DNA of 48,823 nucleotides from contig CAYUKM010000002.1 in assembly GCA_964445255.1 (NCBI GenBank), positions 1 to 48,823 of the forward strand, in the 5' to 3' direction. The stretch comes from an uncultured Acidimicrobiales bacterium (lineage in GTDB: Bacteria; Actinomycetota; Acidimicrobiia; Acidimicrobiales; SHLQ01). Made by a program: the position numbers and the translations under genes. Below are positions 18,038 to 26,209 of the stretch, in pieces. Position 1 is the first letter of the stretch. Each line of letters opens with the position of its first letter. Below the pieces are notes generated by a model. The model saw only the letters and a list, made by a program, of their open reading frames with translations, made no database searches and was not told where the DNA came from.

Positions 18038-19102
18038 TCAGACGCCTAACTGCTCGGCTGCCATAGCCGTGCCTTCGACGCGCGCTGTGATCTTGGCAAA
18101 CGCGGTGTCGCGGCTGGTCGCGACGTCGTCGGCGAATGGCGAGAACCCGCAATCGTCGGTGGTGCCGAGCTGAGCAACGGGCACGACCTCGGCCGCCGCG
18201 AGGACACGGTCGCGAACGGTCTCCGCCGTCTCCACGTTCTCGTTGCACACGTCGACCACACCAACAAACAGCTTCTGATTGGGCTTGAGATGGTCGGCCA
18301 CCATGGCCAACGCCACCTGGGGGTCAGCCTCGCTCGCCATCTGCATGAAGAACCGGCCAACGTCGAGCGTCATGAACTGTGGGATGAGCTCGGTGTAGGC
18401 AATGTCGGCACTATGGGTCGAGTCGTGGTCACCGCCTGGGCAGGTGTGCACCCCAATCTGTTGACGCTCGTCCTCGCTGAAGCGGGCGAACACCGAGTTG
18501 TTTAAGTCGATGAACTGCTGCAACAACCCGCCGCTCGGGTCGAGCTTGAGTGCCAGACGGGCCTCGGTGAAGTCGACCTGCACGCTTTCGGCACCGGCGT
18601 CGAAACAGCTGCGAATGTCGGCTTCGGACTGGTCGACCAGATCCGCAATGAACTGCTCTTGTGAGTACCCGTCGATCCCGGCTTGGGGATACAACAGTCC
18701 CATCGCCGAGGCCGCGATCACGGCTTGCTTGACCGGTCGGTCGGTGAACTTCTTCGCCCGCTCGACGTAGCTGCCAGCCATGTTCTGATATTCAAACGGA
18801 CCAGCGGTGAGGGCGGGCAACTGACGGGTGTGTCCGTCGTCGAAAGGGATCGTCACGCCATCGGGCGAAAGCGTCGCCATTCCCTCGAGCGGATAGGTGA
18901 CAAAGCTCGACTTGGTCTGCTCGCCATCGCTCACCACCGGCGAACCGGTCGCCTCGAAACGAGCGATCGTGTCCTGGACCGCGTTGTCGAACGCCTGCTC
19001 CATTTCTTCTGCGCCCAATGACCCCTCTGCATGGCTGGCCATTGCCGCCTGAAGCTCGGGACTGCGCGGGACACTACCTACTGGTTCTGTAGGAATGCTC
19101 AT
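18038..19102 (-). CDS. Cobalamin-independent methionine synthase (MetE C-terminal-like, Meth_synt_2) family protein
   Basis: 354 aa. Begins MSIPTEPVGSVPRSPEL. Zn-ligand-like HTCPGGD and TTDDCGFSP motifs are present. GGGGGAG SD upstream. Confidence 0.88.
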   Translation of the reverse strand: MSIPTEPVGSVPRSPELQAAMASHAEGSLGAEEMEQAFDNAVQDTIARFEATGSPVVSDGEQTKSSFVTYPLEGMATLSPDGVTIPFDDGHTRQLPALTAGPFEYQNMAGSYVERAKKFTDRPVKQAVIAASAMGLLYPQAGIDGYSQEQFIADLVDQSEADIRSCFDAGAESVQVDFTEARLALKLDPSGGLLQQFIDLNNSVFARFSEDERQQIGVHTCPGGDHDSTHSADIAYTELIPQFMTLDVGRFFMQMASEADPQVALAMVADHLKPNQKLFVGVVDVCNENVETAETVRDRVLAAAEVVPVAQLGTTDDCGFSPFADDVATSRDTAFAKITARVEGTAMAAEQLGV

Positions 19103-19232
19103 GATTTTCTCCCCCTATTTCCTCTGCGCCATCCTATGCCACGCGGCGTTTCCGCGCCCTCGGAACACTTGGCGGCGTGTGGCGGAACTACTGTCACCGT
19201 GATGACCACGTCAACTGCTTCGTTCTTCGTAA

Positions 19233-19511
19233 GTACCCGATCTGCATCACCTGGCACATGGCCGAGGTGACCTATCACAGCGGTCCGAAGAAAAAGCCCT
19301 GATCGCCGCAGCCGAAGCGCTCGATGCAACCTTCACCGACCTCACGATCGTCACCGCGGGCACACTCGCGGGCTGCTCACGTCCCGGCATCGACCACATC
19401 GCCATCAGCTCACACCTCACCGCGACCAACGTCGCTGGCTGGCGGCACGACGTCAACGGCAACCGGCTCAGCGACCACGACGGCGCCATGGCTGACATCG
19501 CTGAGGACTAA
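19233..19511 (+). pseudogene. C-terminal remnant of an endonuclease/exonuclease/phosphatase (EEP)-family gene
   Basis: A 92-codon open frame with high GC3 and no ATG/GTG/TTG start. It ends CSRPGIDHIAISSHLTATNVAGWRHDVNGNRLSDHDGAMADIAED*, which matches the EEP C-terminal IDH...SDH pattern. An in-frame TAA sits at 19230. Confidence 0.4.
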
Positions 19512-19569
19512 ACGCCTAGTCGGCTCGGACGATGCGACCCGCGTTCCGTCCATGCGATAGACAGGCCAT

Positions 19570-19956
19570 ATGCGAATTTCACTTGCCAGCGTTTTCGTTG
19601 ACGACCAAGCAAAGGCACTCGAGTTCTACACCCACACCTTGGGTTTCGAGGTCAAACACAACATCCCCATGGGCGAACACTCATGGACCACCGTCACCGC
19701 CCCCGGCGACGCTGACGGCACCGAACTGCTGCTCGAGCCATCGGCCCACCCAGCCGTCGCCCCCTACCGTGAGGCGCTACGTGCCGATGGCATACCGATG
19801 GCCCAGTTCGCCGTCGACGACGTCGCTGCCGAACATAAGCGACTGACCGAGCTCGGCGTCGAGTTCACTGTGGAGCCCATGGACGTTGGCACCGCGATGA
19901 TGGCCGTGTTCGACGACACCTGCGGCAACCTCATCGCCATCGTTGCCCAGAAGTAG
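19570..19956 (+). CDS. VOC (glyoxalase/bleomycin-resistance/dioxygenase) family protein
   Basis: 128 aa: MRISLASVFVDDQAKALEFYTHTLGFEV...FDDTCGNLIAIVA. Confidence 0.88.
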   Translation: MRISLASVFVDDQAKALEFYTHTLGFEVKHNIPMGEHSWTTVTAPGDADGTELLLEPSAHPAVAPYREALRADGIPMAQFAVDDVAAEHKRLTELGVEFTVEPMDVGTAMMAVFDDTCGNLIAIVAQK

Positions 19957-20017
19957 CTCACCCGCCAATCTCCATCGTACGTGAGATCGGAAGAAACCCC
20001 CTCAGGGCGGTTCGGCG

Positions 20018-21844
20018 ATGGACGATACTTCTTCTATGGCGAAGGAACAGTTCAGCGTTGACCTGCATGGCGTGGTCGATCTGCTATCAAATCACCTCTA
20101 CAGCGGGCCGCAGGTCTACATCCGAGAGTTGCTACAGAACGCGATCGATGCAACCGCGGCTCGAGACGACGGTCAGAACCTCGAGTCCGAACCAATCGTG
20201 TTCCGCCTCGGCGAACTCGACGGCCGACCGGCCTTGCATGTAACCGACGCTGGCGTGGGCCTTACGTTGGACGAAGCGCGGATGTTCATGGGCGTCATTG
20301 GACGCAGCTCCAAGCGCGATGAGATCGGAATGGCGCGCGAAAGCTTGATTGGCCAGTTCGGTGTGGGCGTCCTCAGCTGTTTCGCCGTAAGCGAACAGGT
20401 GCAGGTGGTGAGCCGCTCGGCGGAGTCGGACGAAACAATCCGTTGGGTGGGCGATGCTGACGGGACTTGGGAGGCCTCGCTAGCCGATAAGCCTCACCCG
20501 GTAGGCAGCACCGTGACGGTCATCGCTCGAGCTGGCGAGGACTCATGGTTCGATCCCGACACCATCGAGAAGCACTTGCGCAGATACGGACAACTGCTGG
20601 GGACCCGGGTGATGTTCGACCGAAACGACGGGTCCGCTCCGGTCCTAATCACACGTGTGGATGTACCGTTCCGAACTCCTCACTCCACCCCCGACGAACT
20701 ACTCAACTTCGGCAGTGAAGTTCTCGGTATCGGCGCCCTCGACGCCTTTCCGGTCGCATCGACATCGAGCCAAACACAGGGCATTGCCTACGTCCTCCCC
20801 TACGAGCCCGCACCGGGCGCCTCGCGGTCAGACGCGGTCTATGTCAAAGGAATGCTCGTCGACGAAGACTGCGACAGTCTCCTTCCAGACTGGGCGTTCT
20901 TCATTAGCTGCGTCGTCGAGTCCGATGGTCTTCATCCCACGGCAAGCCGCGAAGAGCTACACGAAGACCACACGCTTGAAGTCGCCCGCGATGAACTGGG
21001 CGACGCCGTTCGCAGCCACCTCATCGAGATCGCTCGAACTTCCCCGGAACGGCTGAACCAGCTGCTGGGCACTCACCATCTCTCGATCAAGGCCTTGGCC
21101 GTCTCCGACTCTGAATTCTGCTCGCTGGTCGCTGACTGGCTCCCAATCCAGACCGCCGAAGGCTCCATGACAATCGGCGAGTTCAGGAGCCGCCATCCGG
21201 TCGCGTCGTACACCCGAACGGTCGAAGAGTTCCGACAAGTGGCACCCGTCGCCCTAGCCCAGGGCATCGGCCTCGCGTGCGGCGGTTACACCTATGACGC
21301 TGAGTTGCTCGAAGCAGCGTCCGATGCGTTCGAGGATTTCTCCATCGACCGTGCGAGCGTCGAAGATCTGTTCCGGGGATTCGGGCTGCTCACCGAAGAC
21401 CAAGCGAAACGGTTCGCGTCACTGGCAGCGATCGCCAAAGAACGACTCGCTGCCCACGATGTCGAGGCGGTACTCCGCCGTTTCGAACCCGCAGAAACTC
21501 CCGGCATGATCGCCCTTTCGAACGAGGCACGAGAGTTCCGCTCCTTGAAACGGGCCGAAGAATCGGCGAACCATCTATTCTCGGGGATCATCGGCGCCAT
21601 TCAGGAGAATGTTCCCGACGTCCGACCGATGCTCTGTCTCAACGCCGACAACAAGATCATCACCAGACTCACGACGCTGGCCGAAACCGACCCAGACTTA
21701 GCCGGGCACACCATCGACCTGCTCTACCTACAGGCACTCATGGCTGGCCAGCATCCATTCCGGGCAACCGAGTCTGCCCTGCTCAACCAATCGTTGGTCG
21801 AGCTGATCGACCGCGCAACAACGACTGCTGAGGATCCGTCATGA
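20018..21844 (+). CDS. HSP90-family (HtpG-like) GHKL ATPase, divergent paralog type
   Basis: 608 aa. The N-box is YIRELLQNAIDA, G1 is VTDAGVGLT, and G2 is IGQFGVGVLSCF. Length and middle/C-terminal regions are HtpG-like. An alternative start is MAKEQF at 20036. Confidence 0.9.
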   Translation: MDDTSSMAKEQFSVDLHGVVDLLSNHLYSGPQVYIRELLQNAIDATAARDDGQNLESEPIVFRLGELDGRPALHVTDAGVGLTLDEARMFMGVIGRSSKRDEIGMARESLIGQFGVGVLSCFAVSEQVQVVSRSAESDETIRWVGDADGTWEASLADKPHPVGSTVTVIARAGEDSWFDPDTIEKHLRRYGQLLGTRVMFDRNDGSAPVLITRVDVPFRTPHSTPDELLNFGSEVLGIGALDAFPVASTSSQTQGIAYVLPYEPAPGASRSDAVYVKGMLVDEDCDSLLPDWAFFISCVVESDGLHPTASREELHEDHTLEVARDELGDAVRSHLIEIARTSPERLNQLLGTHHLSIKALAVSDSEFCSLVADWLPIQTAEGSMTIGEFRSRHPVASYTRTVEEFRQVAPVALAQGIGLACGGYTYDAELLEAASDAFEDFSIDRASVEDLFRGFGLLTEDQAKRFASLAAIAKERLAAHDVEAVLRRFEPAETPGMIALSNEAREFRSLKRAEESANHLFSGIIGAIQENVPDVRPMLCLNADNKIITRLTTLAETDPDLAGHTIDLLYLQALMAGQHPFRATESALLNQSLVELIDRATTTAEDPS

Positions 21845-22905
21845 GCAGCGCCGAAGCCGAAGAACTGATTCAGTCCTCGTACCGACTTACACCCTTCCAG
21901 AAGGTGGCTACGCTCGAAAAGGCTATAGACCTCGCAGACGCCGCGGGCGATGTGGAGCTGGCCTTTCGCGCACGACAAAGGCTCGTGAGCGCATCGTATT
22001 ACGTCCCCGGTTCTGTGGAGCTGTTGACGAGCTTCTCGTGGCTTCTGGCTCGCCACGACGAAGACCCCAAACGGTTCCCGCTTCGCCTCTGGTCGTACAA
22101 GTGGGTGTTGTCTGCACTGCCGAAGATGACCGCTATCTCACTCGACCAGATCGAGAACGTGATGTCCGATATCGAAAGGCGTTTCGAGGCGCTCGGGCAG
22201 GGGCCAGCACCGGCGCTCAAGCTCCGCATGATCATCGCGATGGAGACCGGTCTGCCTGATGCCGTGCGCGAGCAACTCGGCCCGTGGCGTCATGCGCTCG
22301 AATCGCGCCGGAGCAACTTGAACGACTGCCGCGCATGTGATGAGGCCACGCACGTGAACGCCCTGCTCTTCATCGACGAGCACGCTGAGGCACTAGCCGT
22401 CGGTGAGGGTCACATCGCGGGAAGGTCTCGCTGCAGCACGCAGCCCCACTACACGTTGCCTCGTCTTATCGCTCCTGCGCGTGAACATGCCCCCGACGGA
22501 CTAGCCACCACCATCCGCAAAAAGGGCTATCGCCTCGTCGACGGCAATCCGAAGTTCTACGCAACTATCGGCAACTTCGTTCGCGACTCACTTCGTCAGG
22601 GTCAGCTCGATCGAGCTGTCGATCTCATTGCGAAACACCGAAGCTGGGGAGACGTATCACAAGACGACATCTCCCATTGGTTCTTCTCATCGGCTGCTCG
22701 CGAAACTCTGCTTCGCTACCGTCACCTAGGCAAAGACCTTCCGAACTCGCTTGCCGACACGTCCGGCATGGGACGTTCACCCGAGCAGGTTGCCGAGGAA
22801 CTCATTAATCAAGCTGAAGACCTCGGCGCCCGTTTCGACACCCGCAACGGGAACGACTGGTACCGGGAGCATCTTGACGCTGACGGTGCTTTCGCAACTC
22901 GTTGA
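21841..22905 (+). CDS. Uncharacterised, probably all-helical (TPR-like?) protein coupled to the HSP90 paralog
   Basis: 354 aa. ATG 21841 overlaps the HSP90 stop (ATGA). Begins MSSAEAEELIQSSYRLTPFQKVATLEKAIDLADAAGDVELAFRARQRL and carries the Cys pair NDCRACDE. No catalytic motif recognised. Confidence 0.8.
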   Translation: MSSAEAEELIQSSYRLTPFQKVATLEKAIDLADAAGDVELAFRARQRLVSASYYVPGSVELLTSFSWLLARHDEDPKRFPLRLWSYKWVLSALPKMTAISLDQIENVMSDIERRFEALGQGPAPALKLRMIIAMETGLPDAVREQLGPWRHALESRRSNLNDCRACDEATHVNALLFIDEHAEALAVGEGHIAGRSRCSTQPHYTLPRLIAPAREHAPDGLATTIRKKGYRLVDGNPKFYATIGNFVRDSLRQGQLDRAVDLIAKHRSWGDVSQDDISHWFFSSAARETLLRYRHLGKDLPNSLADTSGMGRSPEQVAEELINQAEDLGARFDTRNGNDWYREHLDADGAFATR

Positions 22906-22953
22906 CAGAACCAGCTAGCCAGCGATTATCAAGGCGCGACCAGCTCGGGTTGT

Positions 22954-24789
22954 TTAGCCCGGGAAGACCGGCAGCGACTCACAGCCAATGCCGTTCCCAT
23001 CCTGATCAAGGTTGTACTGGTCGCTGTCTCCGGTGAGCCGCACTTGGTAGGTGAGGTCGCCGCAGTTGAGATCTACGCCTTCGTTCGGAATGCATGGCGT
23101 GTAGTCCGGATGGCAACCACCGAGGGGCACCCCTTGCTCGGTGGTGCCCTCATCCGCGGGTGGACCTTGCACCGGTGGGTCGTCGTCCCCGCCCGGCTCA
23201 TTCGCGAACAAGACCGGACTCTCGGATGGGTCGCCCACCACAACGTGGGTCAGCTCGCCGTCGAAGGCAGCCGGAATGAAGTACTCCGAATAGAAGAGGT
23301 ACTCGGTCCCGACCGTCACCTCAGCATCCAAGATCCAATCGAATCCCGCGTCTTCAACCTCATCGGTCTCACATTGAGTTCCAGCTTCGATCAGGTATCC
23401 ATCGACCAGCACTCCGATCGGGGGTGTGTCAACCCCGCGTGACACGGGGCCTCCGGCCGTGACCGTTGGCGTCAGCGAACCGAGAACCAGAACGCAGCGG
23501 CCAGGTTCGCTCACGAACGCATCAACCGTCGTTTCGGCCACGTCGAATATGGCGCCGGTCCACATCGCCTCACTGAACGCTGCGTGCTCAAACGTGGCCG
23601 TTGGGCCCACAGGCTCTACGGCTGGCGCTTCGCCGACGGTTAGACCCACTGGACTCGGGATCGAATCGAGTTCGACTGCCGGAAATAACACGGCGGATTC
23701 GAACGACGGGTTGCCAATGACGATCTCGGTAATGTCGCCCTGGTCAGCGGGGATGAAGATCTCGGCGTAGAAGGGGATGTTCGTATCGGCCAGAGCCTGG
23801 GCGTCGAGGATCCAGCTAAATCCGCGCTGCTCGACCTCGGTGTCGTCGCAGGAGATGATCGTGTCCGGAATGTATTCTCCGCCTGCGATCACGCCGACAG
23901 CTGGAGTGGCGGTGAAGTCCGAGATCGGGCTATCACCCACGATGTCGGGCGTGATCTCGCCGAGCACGAGGACGCATGTACCGGGTTCGTCGACAAAGCT
24001 CTCAACTTCGGTCTCGATGATTCCGTAGATCTCGCCGGTCCAGGTGTCGCCGCTGAAGTCCTGATGGAGGAAGCCGCCGATGCTTTGTGGAACGTCGCCT
24101 TCGGGGACACCGTCGATGAAGTCGTTTCCGTCGCCGGTGTTGATCTCGTCGCCGCTGGTGCCACCGCTGAAGATCTGATCCACGCCGATGCCACCACGAA
24201 TGTTGTCGATGCCCGCACCTCCATCGATGGTGTCCGCTGCGTTGCCGCCGCGGATGATGTCGTCGTCGGCGCCGCCGAAGATCGTGTCGTCGTGGTTACC
24301 GCCGCCGATGTCATCAAAGCCTGTGCCACCGCGGATCTCGTCCTGGCCCTTGCCGCCGAGCAGCGTGTCGTTGCCCGTCCGGCCATAAATCGTGTCGGCT
24401 CCGTTGTTGCCGCGAACGGTGTCGTTGCCTTCTCCGCCGTCGAGCAAATCGGCACTCTGCTGACCGCGGATCACATCGTTTCCAGCGCCGCCGAGGACGG
24501 TGTCCTCACCGCGTCCGGCCCGAATCGTGTCGTTGCCATCATCGCCGCAAATCAGATCGTCGCCGTCAAGACCGTCGATGCGGTCATTGCCGCCCAACCC
24601 GGCGATCACGTCGGGGCCTGGGGTGCCTGTGAGGACGTCGTCGCCATCGGTTCCTACGATCGTCGCCGTCTCGCCATCGCACGTCGCGCCAGCCTGTCCA
24701 CCAGCCGGCGCCGCGAGCACCGACGCCACGAGTAGGGATGCAAAAAAGCCAAACCCAAGTGACCGTAGACCCGTTTTCAACGACCGCAT
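22954..24789 (-). CDS. Secreted RTX-repeat Ca-binding protein with two tandem ~125-aa beta domains and a C-terminal Excalibur domain
   Basis: The start is taken at MRSLKTGLRSLGFGFFASLLVASVLAAPAGG (ATG 24789). About 20 GG.G.D-type nonapeptides are present. The duplicated domain reads WTGEIYGIIETEVESFVDEPGTCVLVLG // WTGAIFDVAETTVDAFVSEPGRCVLVLG. The C-terminus CGDLTYQVRLTGDSDQYNLDQDGNGIGCE matches the Excalibur DxDxDGxxCE pattern. Confidence 0.88.
   Translation of the reverse strand: MRSLKTGLRSLGFGFFASLLVASVLAAPAGGQAGATCDGETATIVGTDGDDVLTGTPGPDVIAGLGGNDRIDGLDGDDLICGDDGNDTIRAGRGEDTVLGGAGNDVIRGQQSADLLDGGEGNDTVRGNNGADTIYGRTGNDTLLGGKGQDEIRGGTGFDDIGGGNHDDTIFGGADDDIIRGGNAADTIDGGAGIDNIRGGIGVDQIFSGGTSGDEINTGDGNDFIDGVPEGDVPQSIGGFLHQDFSGDTWTGEIYGIIETEVESFVDEPGTCVLVLGEITPDIVGDSPISDFTATPAVGVIAGGEYIPDTIISCDDTEVEQRGFSWILDAQALADTNIPFYAEIFIPADQGDITEIVIGNPSFESAVLFPAVELDSIPSPVGLTVGEAPAVEPVGPTATFEHAAFSEAMWTGAIFDVAETTVDAFVSEPGRCVLVLGSLTPTVTAGGPVSRGVDTPPIGVLVDGYLIEAGTQCETDEVEDAGFDWILDAEVTVGTEYLFYSEYFIPAAFDGELTHVVVGDPSESPVLFANEPGGDDDPPVQGPPADEGTTEQGVPLGGCHPDYTPCIPNEGVDLNCGDLTYQVRLTGDSDQYNLDQDGNGIGCESLPVFPG
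24112..24654 (-). repeat. RTX/hemolysin-type nonapeptide repeat-coding tract
   Basis: Corresponds to approximately aa 57-237 of the 622-aa track ORF (GTDGDDVLTG ... GDGNDFIDG). Confidence 0.85.
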
Positions 24790-24881
24790 GTTTGCCGCCC
24801 AAACCTCTCGCCTAATCCGCACCTTGCGCTTCTCCTGTGTTTAACACGAACCTTGTCGCACCGACCGCGAAACTACTGTGT

Positions 24882-24900
24882 GTGGTCAAAATCTGACCAC
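24882..24900. promoter_or_regulatory. Operator-like palindrome GTGGTCA-N5-TGACCAC upstream of the RTX gene
   Basis: 7-bp perfect inverted repeat (24882-24888 and 24894-24900), about 95 nt upstream of ATG 24789. Confidence 0.3.
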
Positions 24901-25109
24901 ATCAGCTCGAACCTCCAGCCGAGTTCGTTGCCTACCTGGACAGACAGAACAAGGAACTCCGCGAGTACGAGGGAAAGCCAGCCCTCCTGCCAGCAGTCGA
25001 CGAACACCCCGATGCCTACAAGGACATCACCGACGTCATGGATAACCAGAAGGATCTCGTGAAAATCGAGCACCGTCTGGAAACCATCCTCAACTACAAG
25101 GGAACGTGA
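24897..25109 (+). pseudogene. Start-less 70-codon ORF (gene remnant or non-canonically initiated small gene)
   Basis: The frame opens after TGA 24894 and reads PHQLEPPAEFVAYLDRQNKELREYEGKPALLPAVDEHPDAYKDITDVMDNQKDLVKIEHRLETILNYKGT*. It has protein-like composition and codon bias and its own terminator. The only ATG/GTG/TTG in frame is the Met 23 codons before the stop. Confidence 0.3.
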
Positions 25110-25139
25110 GGGCCTAACCGCTCTCGGGTTACCGAAATT

Positions 25140-25180
25140 GCTCCCGTCGACGCTCGTCGACGGGAGCACCGTTCGTTTTG
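25140..25180 (+). terminator. Intrinsic terminator
   Basis: 13-nt arms GCTCCCGTCGACG (25140-25152) and CGTCGACGGGAGC (25155-25167) are followed by ACCGTTCGTTTTGG. Confidence 0.6.
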
Positions 25181-25282
25181 GGCAACTGAGGGGCGTCCTG
25201 GATTCCACGAATAATTCTCACTCGACCACTTTGAGAAAACAAGATACATTGGTAATACAGCGAAGCGTGAGGTTGTGGATCA

Positions 25283-26209
25283 ATGGTGGACAAAACGGCG
25301 AATCGAATCACTCGTATAGCGGTGGTGATAGCGCTCGTCGCGGCGTTACTTACCACCGGAACTGTGGCGGCAAGCGCCCAACAAGCCGACCAGCCAGTGT
25401 GTGGATCCACCTTTGATCAGCTCATCTTCAAGGACCTACCACCAGCGAAGCGCATCATCATTAGGCGTGGAACCGAAGCCACAAGCACCTGGGTGACGAC
25501 CATCGATGGATCGTCAACAGAGTGGACAAAGCCAGCCCAACCGTTCAGCCGGGACTGGCGTGTCATCGTCGTGCCAACCGATCGGACTCCCCGCTTCACG
25601 CTCACCTGCCTGCAGACCCTCCCCATTCAGGAACTTCCCTTCACTGGGCCTGCGTGCATTTCCGAGATCAACGGTGTGAATGACGACAGACGAAACCAAC
25701 TTTCGTTCTTCGGTCTCACAGACACTCGCCCGCAGCTCCGCAGCGTTCAGTCCGGGTGGATCGCCAGAGTCGCAGGAGCGACTGAAGCCACGGTCAGCAC
25801 ACGCTTCGTCTCGATCTCACCTATCCAGTTCACCGAAACGACACGGTTCGAACCCAACGACGACTACTTCGTACGGGTTCGGGCTAACGGCGAGGTCAGT
25901 GACATTGCCTGCCAAGAGCGGCCAGCCACCATCAACGGCCCGTTCTTTGTGTCCCCCGAATTGGCGCCGCCAATTCCCGACGATGTGGCTGTTGAGCAAT
26001 CCAACTTCTTCGTCCGGACCGACGGTGAACTGGTGGTTGAGATCGTAAACACAACGACCGGGCTGTTGACGGTTCTCGACGTGTCAGATGACTTCAAGAA
26101 CCCGCGCATCAGCCCCAACGGTCGCGTGTTGTGGATGCTCGATCAAGAAACGCAGCTCGAGATGCGGATCGATCTCGACTCTCGCATCGTCACCCGACGC
26201 CCCCGGTAG
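25283..26209 (+). CDS. Secreted hypothetical protein
   Basis: 308 aa. Signal peptide MVDKTANRITRIAVVIALVAALLTTGTVAASAQQ, with GAGG about 10 nt upstream. Four spaced Cys residues. No family recognised. Confidence 0.75.
   Translation: MVDKTANRITRIAVVIALVAALLTTGTVAASAQQADQPVCGSTFDQLIFKDLPPAKRIIIRRGTEATSTWVTTIDGSSTEWTKPAQPFSRDWRVIVVPTDRTPRFTLTCLQTLPIQELPFTGPACISEINGVNDDRRNQLSFFGLTDTRPQLRSVQSGWIARVAGATEATVSTRFVSISPIQFTETTRFEPNDDYFVRVRANGEVSDIACQERPATINGPFFVSPELAPPIPDDVAVEQSNFFVRTDGELVVEIVNTTTGLLTVLDVSDDFKNPRISPNGRVLWMLDQETQLEMRIDLDSRIVTRRPR

Noticed and set aside
19103-19330. Cobalamin or SAM riboswitch upstream of the MetE-like gene
   Set aside because: I could not find a B12 box or SAM-I/SAM-IV core motifs by eye on the minus strand. 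Without a covariance-model search the call would be invention.
26190-26209. The 20-nt convergent overlap of 25283..26209 and sseA as a regulatory feature
   Set aside because: Short 3'-3' overlaps are common in compact high-GC genomes. Nothing else (a hairpin or conserved motif) distinguishes it.
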